A stretch of DNA of 64,000 bases, from IMG/VR virus record IMGVR_UViG_3300046333_000120. One strand, written 5' to 3'. Of the stretch, positions 38,945 to 47,767 are shown in pieces. A program made the translations under genes and the position numbers. This DNA comes from a virus. The notes under the pieces are model-generated. The model saw only the letters and a list, made by a program, of their open reading frames with translations. It was not told where the DNA came from and ran no database searches. The first letter of the stretch is position 1. Each line of letters starts with the position of its first letter.

Positions 38945-39742
38945 ATGAAAAACTACAAATATTATTATGTGTATCGAATAACAAATAAGATTCATAATAA
39001 ACATTATTATGGATATCGATCTTCAAATACTATTCCAGGCTTAGATATTGGAATAAAATATCTATCTTCAAGTAGCGATAAAGATTTTATAAAAGACCAA
39101 ATTCAAAATCCACAGAATTATAAATATGTAATTGTGCGTATTTTTAACAATAGGGAAGATGCGCATAACCTAGAAATTAAATTACATGCACGATTTAACG
39201 TAGGCGCTAATCCATCATTTTATAATAAAGCAAAAGCAACTTCTTCTAAATTTTCAATAACCGGAACTACTTTATCTGAACAAACCAAGAAAAAAATGTC
39301 AGAATCACGTAAAGGAAGAATAGTTACACAGGAAACACGTAATAAAATATCTATTGCAAATAAGGGAACAACACATGATGCCAATTTTAGAGATGCTGTT
39401 AAAATGCGAATGCAAGGAAATTCACACCACACTGGTAAAAAGCACAATGATGCTTCTAAATTAAAAATTTCAGAATCTCTTAAAGGGAAACCTGCATGGA
39501 ATAAGGGACTAGACACTCCAGATTGTGTTAAATTAAAACAGTCATTGTCTAAATTAAATATGACACAAGAACAAAAAGATAAGATGCATTCTTGGAAAAA
39601 AGGTCGACCATTACCTGAAGAAACCAAACAAAAACTTAGAAAGCCTCAGACAAAAATAGAATGCCCTCATTGTAACAAAATTGGAGGTATATCTGCAATG
39701 AAACAGAACCATTTTGATAGATGCAAATATCAGAATGGGTAA
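38945..39742 (+). CDS. Free-standing GIY-YIG homing endonuclease with NUMOD3-type repeats and C-terminal CxxC
   Basis: YVYRITN...YYGYR, LSEQTKKKMSES, PAWNKG, CPHC; ATG at 38945. Confidence 0.85.
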   Translation: MKNYKYYYVYRITNKIHNKHYYGYRSSNTIPGLDIGIKYLSSSSDKDFIKDQIQNPQNYKYVIVRIFNNREDAHNLEIKLHARFNVGANPSFYNKAKATSSKFSITGTTLSEQTKKKMSESRKGRIVTQETRNKISIANKGTTHDANFRDAVKMRMQGNSHHTGKKHNDASKLKISESLKGKPAWNKGLDTPDCVKLKQSLSKLNMTQEQKDKMHSWKKGRPLPEETKQKLRKPQTKIECPHCNKIGGISAMKQNHFDRCKYQNG

Positions 39743-39949
39743 AAGTTCAAAAGTACTTGTTACTGGTGATATTAGTCAATACGATATTCCTAAAGCAAGC
39801 GCTGGATTATCTGGATTTATTCAATTAATGAAAGGAGTAAATGGAGTTGGGAACATATCTTTGGAAATAAAGATATTGTAAGAGCTAAAATTTTGCAAGA
39901 GGTTGTAGATCGATACGACAGATGGAGAATCGATAATCCTGAAAAATAA
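39732..39949 (+). pseudogene. Displaced, frameshifted duplicate of the phoH 3' end
   Basis: RMGKSSKVLVTGDISQYDI...NGVG / EHIFGNKDIVRAKILQEVVDRYDRW; 1-nt deletion near 39850. Confidence 0.85.
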
Positions 39950-39996
39950 AGAAACAATTTAGAATCCATCTATATAATATGTATAAAAATATATAG

Positions 39997-40629
39997 ATGG
40001 AAACTAGACAAATATTACTTAAGTCATCCTATACAGGAGACGAATCAATTGTAGAAATTGGACTTGACGAGGCAGGTCGAGGTGCTTTAGCTGGACCCGT
40101 TACTATATCAGCATGTATTATGCCATTTGGATTTGAACATCCTCTTATTAAAGATTCTAAACTTCTTAATGAACAACAGCGAAAAGATGCCAGAAGAATT
40201 GTATTAGATAATGCAATTGCATATAGTGTTGTTCATATTTATCCAAAACAAATTGAAACTACTAACATTCTAAGAGCCACACTACAAGGAATGAATGAAT
40301 GTTTGGTTAAAGTTAAAGAAAATAATAATTTTGATTTTATTTTAGTTGATGGAGATCAATTTCATGGATTTGATGGCATGCCATTTGAGACTATAATTGG
40401 TGGAGATAATAAATATATCTCAATTGCAGCTGCAAGCATTTTAGCTAAAACAGAAAGAGATGCATTAATGAAAGAGTTAGATATTAAAACTCCAGGATAT
40501 GGTTGGAATTCTAATAAAGGATATGGAACTGCACAACATATTAAAGCAATTAAAGAAATTGGTCCAAATGAAGTACATAGGCCAAGTTTTATATCTCATT
40601 TATTAACGGAAACAGGATCTTTATTTTGA
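39997..40629 (+). CDS. rnhB: Ribonuclease HII
   Basis: GLDEAGRGALAGPV, DSK, VDG, IAAASILAK, NKGYGT. Confidence 0.93.
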   Translation: METRQILLKSSYTGDESIVEIGLDEAGRGALAGPVTISACIMPFGFEHPLIKDSKLLNEQQRKDARRIVLDNAIAYSVVHIYPKQIETTNILRATLQGMNECLVKVKENNNFDFILVDGDQFHGFDGMPFETIIGGDNKYISIAAASILAKTERDALMKELDIKTPGYGWNSNKGYGTAQHIKAIKEIGPNEVHRPSFISHLLTETGSLF

Positions 40630-40970
40630 AAAACTTAATATATGGTTCATTATTATTTTTAATAGGACAATCTCTAATATGGTTCCAAACAAATGGTCAA
40701 TTTGTTTGGCCATGGTTTAAAAAACATCCAATCATAGTTGCGTTCATTGGAGGCTCTACGATTTCATACATGTTCATAGTTGCTACTGCATTTGTTGCAG
40801 AATATTATGATGGACAATTATGGCCAGGTAGATTTATTGGATTTACCACAGGTATGATTGCATTTTCATTCTTAACATACATGATAATGGATGAACCCTT
40901 AAATACTAAAACTATTATTTCATTAACGCTATCTTTCATATTAATATGTGTGCAGATATTCTGGAAATAA
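40626..40970 (+). CDS. Small 4-TM membrane protein (SMR/DMT-like)
   Basis: Four hydrophobic segments; TTG start. Confidence 0.55.
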   Translation: MKNLIYGSLLFLIGQSLIWFQTNGQFVWPWFKKHPIIVAFIGGSTISYMFIVATAFVAEYYDGQLWPGRFIGFTTGMIAFSFLTYMIMDEPLNTKTIISLTLSFILICVQIFWK

Positions 40971-40973
40971 ATT

Positions 40974-41054
40974 GTTAATAACTTTTTTGAAAATAAGTAG
41001 CCAAACATTTTTTTGTTTGGCTTTTTTTGATTAGATTTACATTATAATTAAAAC
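40974..41054 (+). promoter_or_regulatory. Terminator plus class I promoter cassette
   Basis: Near-identical to 35979-36056. Confidence 0.75.
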
Positions 41055-41076
41055 AAATAAACTTAAACACTACATT

Positions 41077-41343
41077 ATGAGTTACACGAATTTCGACAGA
41101 CACGCAAATATGAATGAAGACACTAGATTTGAAATCATGAGTCTTATCAAAGATGTTAGATATTCCGATATTGAAGATACGGAAATTACATTTAATTTAG
41201 AAAATATGTTATATGGTATGTTTGATGGATATTTATATGAAAATGTACAATTATATGCGCTAGAACTACCAAGTGACTTAGAAGAAAGAGTAATGAAAGT
41301 TTATGAAATTTGTAATGCATATCCTAAATTAAAACAAGAATAA
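41077..41343 (+). CDS. Hypothetical protein
   Basis: ORF behind a class I promoter. Confidence 0.65.
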   Translation: MSYTNFDRHANMNEDTRFEIMSLIKDVRYSDIEDTEITFNLENMLYGMFDGYLYENVQLYALELPSDLEERVMKVYEICNAYPKLKQE

Positions 41344-41345
41344 TT

Positions 41346-41729
41346 ATGAAAGTATCAAATATTAAATGTAATGGAATTGGACCAACTGCACTTGCAAAAG
41401 CATCAATGCCAACTATCCAAACTGCAGTGTCTTTGTTTAGAATGAGGTATACTAATGATGAAATATTAGAAAAAATGCCAATAAATCATAATTATTATTT
41501 TGGCACTCGTTTTAATGATAACAATGCTATTACTATTAGAATTTGCAGTGCGTTAGTTAGCGAATCAAAAATAGAATTAAGAAGTGCTGATCCAGATCTA
41601 ATCGAAGGATATATTAAAACATTTATAGACTCATTAAAAGGATCTGAAATGGATGAATTAATAATAGATGGTATGCGAGATTGTGCGGGAGCAGATCATT
41701 GGTATACATTTGAAAAAGAATGGGAGTAA
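41346..41729 (+). CDS. Hypothetical protein
   Basis: ORF. Confidence 0.6.
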   Translation: MKVSNIKCNGIGPTALAKASMPTIQTAVSLFRMRYTNDEILEKMPINHNYYFGTRFNDNNAITIRICSALVSESKIELRSADPDLIEGYIKTFIDSLKGSEMDELIIDGMRDCAGADHWYTFEKEWE

Positions 41730-41734
41730 TATAG

Positions 41735-41965
41735 ATGTTATCATTTCAAGAAAGAAAGGAAAGAATTATTAATACGTCACATATTGTATTAATTGATGAC
41801 TCTGCTGTGCATATTGTTGACTCAGTTGAACAAATAGGTTCAATCATATTTGTTAATGTAGGTAATGGCCTTTTATTTCAAGATACTATGGTATTAACAC
41901 TAGAAGAAGCAGGCATAGCTTCTAAAATAATTTTAAACATTAAAAAATATTTAGATATAAAATAG
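41735..41965 (+). CDS. Hypothetical protein
   Basis: ORF. Confidence 0.55.
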   Translation: MLSFQERKERIINTSHIVLIDDSAVHIVDSVEQIGSIIFVNVGNGLLFQDTMVLTLEEAGIASKIILNIKKYLDIK

Positions 41966-41966
41966 T

Positions 41967-42887
41967 ATGGGAGCAAATTATGGTTACTGTTGTATCAATT
42001 TAACATTGGACAAACAAAAGGGAATTAAGATAGGTAGAAGTATGATTAAAAAAACCTTTCAAGCAAAGGGTATTAAATATGCAGGTGAGTTGGCCGAAGC
42101 CAACCTCAGGGATATGATTGAAATTCTTAAATGGAATAATGCAAATGGAATTACAATGTACCGTATGTCCTCTAGTATGTTTCCATGGAATTCAGAATAT
42201 GACATTGAAGAATTACCTAACTATAATACAATCAAATCCTTATTGAAAACTGCAGGTAATTATGCAACTAAGGTGGGTCAAAGACTTACATTCCATCCAG
42301 GTCCTTTCAATATTCTTGCAAGTCCAACACCAAAGGTTGTTAACGATGCAATATGGGAATTAACCCAACATGGAAAGGTATTGGATTTAATGGGCTTACC
42401 AAGAACTCATTATGCTGCAATGAATATCCACGTAGGTGGAACTTATGGAGATAAGGAATCTGCAATTTCTAGATTTGCAGAAAATTTTAAACTACTTCCG
42501 GAATGTGCAAGTTCAAGACTTGTTTTGGAAAATGACGATAAACCAAGTCAGTATGGTGTAAGAGATCTTTACGAGATTTATAAACTATGTGGAACTCCAA
42601 TTACATTTGACTTCTTTCACCATTTTTGTTACGAGGATTCTATGCCAGAAAAGGAAGCATTAGAATTATGTGCTAATACATGGCCAAATGACATTAGACA
42701 ATTATGTCACTATTCATCTTCTAAGAAACTACACGAGGATAACACAGTAATCCTAAGAGCACATGCAGATTATCTATATGAATTTATTGAAACCTATGGA
42801 ATGGACTTAGATATTGAAATAGAGGCCAAGGCAAAGGAACTTGCTCTTATTAAGTACCATAAAGAATTTTCAATGATATATAGTTAA
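41967..42887 (+). CDS. uvsE: UV damage endonuclease
   Basis: GYCCIN, YRMSS, RLTFHPG, LENDD, FDFFHH, AHAD, EAKAKE. Confidence 0.92.
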   Translation: MGANYGYCCINLTLDKQKGIKIGRSMIKKTFQAKGIKYAGELAEANLRDMIEILKWNNANGITMYRMSSSMFPWNSEYDIEELPNYNTIKSLLKTAGNYATKVGQRLTFHPGPFNILASPTPKVVNDAIWELTQHGKVLDLMGLPRTHYAAMNIHVGGTYGDKESAISRFAENFKLLPECASSRLVLENDDKPSQYGVRDLYEIYKLCGTPITFDFFHHFCYEDSMPEKEALELCANTWPNDIRQLCHYSSSKKLHEDNTVILRAHADYLYEFIETYGMDLDIEIEAKAKELALIKYHKEFSMIYS

Positions 42888-43411
42888 TGAATATATTTGA
42901 ATCAGAAGATACGTATAATGATTATCCAGTAGCTGCAAAGACCAATGCAAAAAAGGCGATTGAATGGAAAGAAAAGTATGGTAGAGATGAGGTAACTGCT
43001 GGAACTGCAGTTGGTTGGACTCGAGCACATCAATTAGCAAATGGAGAAAATCTATCAGCAGAAACAGTTGCTCGAATGTCATCATTTAATAGACATAGAA
43101 AAAATTCTAAAATTGCAACCGAATTTAAAAATGAACCATGGAAAGATAATGGATATGTTGCATGGTTAATTTGGGGTGGAGATGAAGGCATTGATTGGGC
43201 CATGGATAAAATGAAACAAATAAAAAAAGAAAGCAAATCTACAATGAAACATGTTAAATTATTTGAAGAGTTTTTAGAAGAAAAGAAAGGCCTATGGGAC
43301 AATGTATGGGCTAAAAGAAAAAGAGGTGAAGCTCCTGCAAAACCAGGAGATGAAGATTATCCAGACGAGGATGCATGGGATAGTGCACAGGGTAAAAAGA
43401 AATCTGAATAA
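42887..43411 (+). CDS. Hypothetical phage protein with an internal MKHVKLFEEFLEE tag
   Basis: GWTRAHQLA...AWLIWGGD domain plus a tagged C-terminal module. Confidence 0.6.
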   Translation: MNIFESEDTYNDYPVAAKTNAKKAIEWKEKYGRDEVTAGTAVGWTRAHQLANGENLSAETVARMSSFNRHRKNSKIATEFKNEPWKDNGYVAWLIWGGDEGIDWAMDKMKQIKKESKSTMKHVKLFEEFLEEKKGLWDNVWAKRKRGEAPAKPGDEDYPDEDAWDSAQGKKKSE

Positions 43412-43869
43412 TGAAGTACATTAAGTTATTCGAAGAATTTTCAATCAATCAAATAACATGTGATACCTGTAAATGGAAATGGAGACTTGAAGATGGCGGA
43501 GATGATATGTATATTTGCCATAAATGCGGACATAATAACACGCCAATTCTTGGAGAATCATATATTCTTAAAGAACTTGAACCTAAATTCAATGTTATAT
43601 TAGATTTATATGATAATGGTAAATTCTTAGAATTAACTAGAATTGTTATTCCTAAAGAGGATAGAGGAAATGGAGTAGGTTCTGAGGTTATGGATAAAAT
43701 CAATGAGTATGCAGATCAAAAGGGTCTTAAAATATATTTGACTCCATCTAAAGATTTTGGTGCAACTTCAACCTCACGATTAGAAAAGTTTTACAAACAA
43801 CATGGGTTTATAAAGAATATTGATAAAAGCGAAACACGAAACACAATGGTACGTTTTCCTAGGAAATGA
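43411..43869 (+). CDS. GNAT acetyltransferase with N-terminal tag and Zn-ribbon
   Basis: MKYIKLFEEF; CxxC..CxxC; RGNGVGS acetyl-CoA motif; FYKQHGF. Confidence 0.75.
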   Translation: MKYIKLFEEFSINQITCDTCKWKWRLEDGGDDMYICHKCGHNNTPILGESYILKELEPKFNVILDLYDNGKFLELTRIVIPKEDRGNGVGSEVMDKINEYADQKGLKIYLTPSKDFGATSTSRLEKFYKQHGFIKNIDKSETRNTMVRFPRK

Positions 43870-44183
43870 AAACAAAGATAGATCAGTCACATATAGATGA
43901 CTTTATTGCTAGTTTCAAAAAATTTATTAGTGCATTAAAAAATGAAGGCGTTGAAACACAAAATGCATTTAAATTATTATACAGTCATGTATTGTCTAAG
44001 AAAAAAATGAGTAATACTGAAAAGGATTTAGTAGGAAACCAAATGCGTAATGTTTTAAAAACAATAGGACTTACTGCTATTGCAATTATGCCAGGAGGTG
44101 TTATTGTTGCTATATTAATAAAAGCTCTTAAACTTCAAAAACATATACTTCCATCTAGTTTTGAATATATGAATAAAAACTAA
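43866..44183 (+). CDS. Hypothetical protein
   Basis: ORF with a hydrophobic AIMPGG segment. Confidence 0.55.
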   Translation: MKTKIDQSHIDDFIASFKKFISALKNEGVETQNAFKLLYSHVLSKKKMSNTEKDLVGNQMRNVLKTIGLTAIAIMPGGVIVAILIKALKLQKHILPSSFEYMNKN

Positions 44184-44224
44184 GATATATAAATTTGAAA
44201 TAATCATATAAAAAAAAAATCAAT

Positions 44225-44701
44225 ATGGCAAATATTAAATCATTTGAAGCCTTTGTTAACGAAATGGACAGAGCAGAGGAAATAGAAACTAAATTAAATG
44301 CAGTTGGAGAACCTGATGAAAAGGATGTAGAAGAAACTGAAGAAGAAGCTGAAGAAGTCCAAGAAGCTGAAGGAGTTACTCCAATTGGAATTAAAGAACC
44401 TGATGCAAACAAACAAAAGCTTCCAGTATATGCAATGCTAGAAAAATGTTATGAAGAAGTTATCGATGAAGCCAAAGTATGGGAATCTGATGCGCATGAC
44501 GATCATACGATAGAAACATATATGGCTGAAAATTCTGCATTAGTTGCAAAAATGGCAGTAGAAGCACTTACTGAAATGAAAGGTGATATGCAAACTGAAG
44601 CATTTGAAGCATGTTTAAATAAAATGTCAGAGGCTTATGCTAAAAAAATAAATGAGTGTAAAGACACTAAGGATGCAATAGATGCAGAGGATGTAGCATA
44701 A
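44225..44701 (+). CDS. Acidic hypothetical protein with MANIKSFEAFVNE tag
   Basis: Variant of the shared N-terminal motif. Confidence 0.55.
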   Translation: MANIKSFEAFVNEMDRAEEIETKLNAVGEPDEKDVEETEEEAEEVQEAEGVTPIGIKEPDANKQKLPVYAMLEKCYEEVIDEAKVWESDAHDDHTIETYMAENSALVAKMAVEALTEMKGDMQTEAFEACLNKMSEAYAKKINECKDTKDAIDAEDVA

Positions 44702-44761
44702 CACAAAATTAAACTAAATAAAATGTCTATATATAATACTAAACATATATAGACTTTTTTT

Positions 44762-45283
44762 ATGCCTAAAATTCCGATTGAAATTATATACATGCAAGTT
44801 GCATATCAATTTGCAAAACTTAGTTATGCTAGTCGCCGAAAGGTTGGATGCGTTATCGTAAAGGAGAATCAAGTTATATCCTTTGGATATAATGGTACCC
44901 CTAAAGGATTTAATAATGACTGTGAGGAGATTAATATAGAAACCCAGTATTATGAAAATCCAGATGCTGCAATTATATTAGAGGAAGATTATGGGTTTTC
45001 ATGCAGCAATGGGTGTTGTACCAAAGAAACACAAATCACAAAGAGAGAAGTATTACACGCCGAATCAAACGCAATAATGAAAGTTGCAAAATCAACAATG
45101 AATTGTGATGGAGCTACGTTATATACAACCACATGCCCATGCTTCGATTGCGCAAAGTTAATTATACAGGCAGGAATTAGTAAAGTGTATTACACTGAAG
45201 ATTATAGAGATATGAGTGGTGTTGAATTATTACATACTGCAAATATTATTGTTGAACAAGTAAATGCATGGAATGAGTTTTAA
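44762..45283 (+). CDS. dCMP deaminase
   Basis: GYNGTP, HAESNAI, PCFDC. Confidence 0.9.
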   Translation: MPKIPIEIIYMQVAYQFAKLSYASRRKVGCVIVKENQVISFGYNGTPKGFNNDCEEINIETQYYENPDAAIILEEDYGFSCSNGCCTKETQITKREVLHAESNAIMKVAKSTMNCDGATLYTTTCPCFDCAKLIIQAGISKVYYTEDYRDMSGVELLHTANIIVEQVNAWNEF

Positions 45284-45476
45284 TAAACTAATAGTACCTG
45301 AAATTGAAGTACTTACAACTTTCTTAAAGGAAAATGGAAGCACTTTATTTTATATGAAATATGTAAAAAAAATAGATGTAATGATGGGAGACTGCGATGG
45401 AATTGATTTTATAGAAGATTTCGAAAATAAGTACTATGATACAGAAGATGATACAGAATTTCATTCATTGGATTAA
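45264..45476 (+). CDS. Hypothetical protein
   Basis: ORF; start may be the second ATG. Confidence 0.5.
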   Translation: MHGMSFNKLIVPEIEVLTTFLKENGSTLFYMKYVKKIDVMMGDCDGIDFIEDFENKYYDTEDDTEFHSLD

Positions 45477-46047
45477 TAAACAATTTTATAAAAAGGAATA
45501 TAATTATGAAAATACACAAATAATGGAAGTAGTGAAAGAAGCAGTTAAAAAATATCAATGGAAAAAAGGTGAAAACTTTGGGAAAGTTGTCGAAGTCTTA
45601 GAACAAGATGATAAATTTACAAAATTTACAGATGGTTCTCAGATATTTAATAATGTTATTAATGAATTTTTAGAAGAAGTAATTGGAGATAAATTACCAT
45701 TTCCAGGTGCAGATTCATTAAATATGTTAGCGATGGGTGAAATACAACCTAATGTTAAAAAAATTACAACTAAAACAAAACAAGAACCTATTATAGAAAT
45801 TTCTCCACTAGAAGAATTAGTTGGTAAACTTTCTAAAAAGAATATTGAACCATTAGAGACGGTTATTAATTTAAATATACCTAATAGGCAAATATTTAAT
45901 ATGTTAATTGAATCAGCGGATGAGGATAGAGATAATTTAATTGAAACAATTGCTAAAGTAGCTGTCTCACAAATAGAGATAAATAAATTGCAAGAATATT
46001 TAAAAGAAGAAGTAACAACATTTATTAATAAGTACTATAATGAGTAA
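45436..46047 (+). CDS. Hypothetical protein
   Basis: ORF. Confidence 0.6.
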   Translation: MIQKMIQNFIHWINKQFYKKEYNYENTQIMEVVKEAVKKYQWKKGENFGKVVEVLEQDDKFTKFTDGSQIFNNVINEFLEEVIGDKLPFPGADSLNMLAMGEIQPNVKKITTKTKQEPIIEISPLEELVGKLSKKNIEPLETVINLNIPNRQIFNMLIESADEDRDNLIETIAKVAVSQIEINKLQEYLKEEVTTFINKYYNE

Positions 46048-46432
46048 AGGAACATCACCGTCGAGAAAACAAACAAGGTCCCAATTTGGATCAATGGGTT
46101 ATTTAAAAGTTAAAAATATGTTTGGCAGATTTTCTGAAGAAGGGCAGGCCTGGTATGATAAAATGGCTGAAAATGGAAAAGCAGTCCATGACGCAAATAC
46201 TAATAGAACATTAGATAATATCGAAAACCAATTACAAACTAAACTAAATTCTGTAAAAGAAGTATGGATTGAAATGGGGCACAATGATTCAGAAATCAAA
46301 TTATTAGAAGAGGCATATTTATTGACAAATATTAAAAATAAAGAAACTCTTAAACAAGATAAAAAGGAAGTCAAAAGACTTATAAAAGAAGCCAAAGAAT
46401 CTTTAAATTCTAGATTAGATGCAAACAGTTAA
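46040..46432 (+). CDS. Hypothetical protein
   Basis: ORF. Confidence 0.6.
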   Translation: MSKGTSPSRKQTRSQFGSMGYLKVKNMFGRFSEEGQAWYDKMAENGKAVHDANTNRTLDNIENQLQTKLNSVKEVWIEMGHNDSEIKLLEEAYLLTNIKNKETLKQDKKEVKRLIKEAKESLNSRLDANS

Positions 46433-46724
46433 AATAACATTAGCGGACAATGGGGTTATTAAAACCGTATTAGATGATAATATTAATTCTGCTGGAGAAA
46501 GTTTCGAATCAACTACGATTTATGATTTTGATAATAAGGAAAGTAAAATTAAATTTATCAACGAATTATGTGTTGACATTGGATTATCCTTTGGAAATTC
46601 AAAGAATAAAAAACAAATAAAAATTATCGAAGATTGGGGAGTTGATTATATACCCAGTGATTCCGAGAAATTAGAAAAAATAGATAGACTTAAAATTCAA
46701 TTAAAGAAATTAAGTGTATCATAA
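46419..46724 (+). CDS. Hypothetical protein
   Basis: ORF. Confidence 0.6.
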   Translation: MQTVKITLADNGVIKTVLDDNINSAGESFESTTIYDFDNKESKIKFINELCVDIGLSFGNSKNKKQIKIIEDWGVDYIPSDSEKLEKIDRLKIQLKKLSVS

Positions 46725-46733
46725 CAATAATTA

Positions 46734-47138
46734 ATGAATAATTTAACAATTGAGTGTGTATGGTGTCCATCAAGACGTGAATTTAATAAGTTTATAAAAG
46801 AAATAGATAAAGTGTCAACTAAGGTAATTGACTATGCATCTATTAAAAGTAAACTTATTAAAGCAGATCCTTATGGACAAGAACCAAGTGACTCAGTTAT
46901 TGGATTAACCATAGTAAACGAAATTACGCGACATGTTCATGCATCAAATATGAATGTTAATCGCGTAATTTACTTATTTAAGAATCTTGAATATGATGTT
47001 GCTATTAATTTTACAAATTTAATAGAATCAAAATCAGAAAGAGAAACAACAATCATATTAACTGTTATACATAATAATGTAAAGGTAGATACTCGACTAA
47101 ACGATTTATTTCATCAAGTTAATATTATTAAAACATGA
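46734..47138 (+). CDS. Hypothetical protein
   Basis: ORF. Confidence 0.6.
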   Translation: MNNLTIECVWCPSRREFNKFIKEIDKVSTKVIDYASIKSKLIKADPYGQEPSDSVIGLTIVNEITRHVHASNMNVNRVIYLFKNLEYDVAINFTNLIESKSERETTIILTVIHNNVKVDTRLNDLFHQVNIIKT

Positions 47139-47722
47139 TTAGACATAAGCTTTTCTCAAAGGGGGAATCAATCCATGTTCTTATTTCCAATAATAGATAT
47201 AACAATATAGTATTTCCAGTAAAGGCAATTATCCATGACGTAGAGTTTAATGATAAAATGCCAAGATATCAAATTCGAATCACAAAATTTTATGATGAAT
47301 TAGATTTCTTAAAACGATATATGTTTGATATGAAATTTGATAGAAACTTTAATGGTGTTTTAACATCATTTAGAATATCTAGACAAAAATTTTCAAATGT
47401 AAAGGATTTTCAGAATTATATAGATTCTAAATGGGAAACATATCTTGTTGTTGTAGATTCTGTGATGTGTGTTAGAACATACAATGAAATAAATGAATTA
47501 TATAATAATATACAGGATTTCTTTATTGAAAAAACAATAAAAGATTTATATGAACTTTCTACTCGAAACACTTATTCGAATGGTTCATATTATTACGGTA
47601 GTAAAGGTATATTCGAGGCGCATATCAAGAAATTCCTAGGAGATAGGGCAGGTGCATCCAAAGATTATTTTGAAAAATTACTGTTTAGACCTAGGACTAT
47701 TGATCTGGATAATCTAGAGTAA
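47135..47722 (+). CDS. Hypothetical protein
   Basis: ORF. Confidence 0.6.
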   Translation: MIRHKLFSKGESIHVLISNNRYNNIVFPVKAIIHDVEFNDKMPRYQIRITKFYDELDFLKRYMFDMKFDRNFNGVLTSFRISRQKFSNVKDFQNYIDSKWETYLVVVDSVMCVRTYNEINELYNNIQDFFIEKTIKDLYELSTRNTYSNGSYYYGSKGIFEAHIKKFLGDRAGASKDYFEKLLFRPRTIDLDNLE

Positions 47723-47735
47723 CTTTGGTTTAATA

Positions 47736-47746
47736 GATATATAATA
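47736..47746 (+). promoter_or_regulatory. Class III (late-type) promoter ATATATAA (representative)
   Basis: (G/A)ATATATA(A/G) lies shortly upstream of many structural genes (e.g. 7206, 22017, 44225, 47768, 51594, 53584, 57398, 59554). Confidence 0.5.
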
Positions 47747-47767
47747 AAATAAATATATCTAATAAAA

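Noticed and set aside
38826-39731. Group I intron in phoH
   Set aside because: The upstream phoH is complete with its own stop, the downstream copy is frameshifted, and no intron core was recognisable
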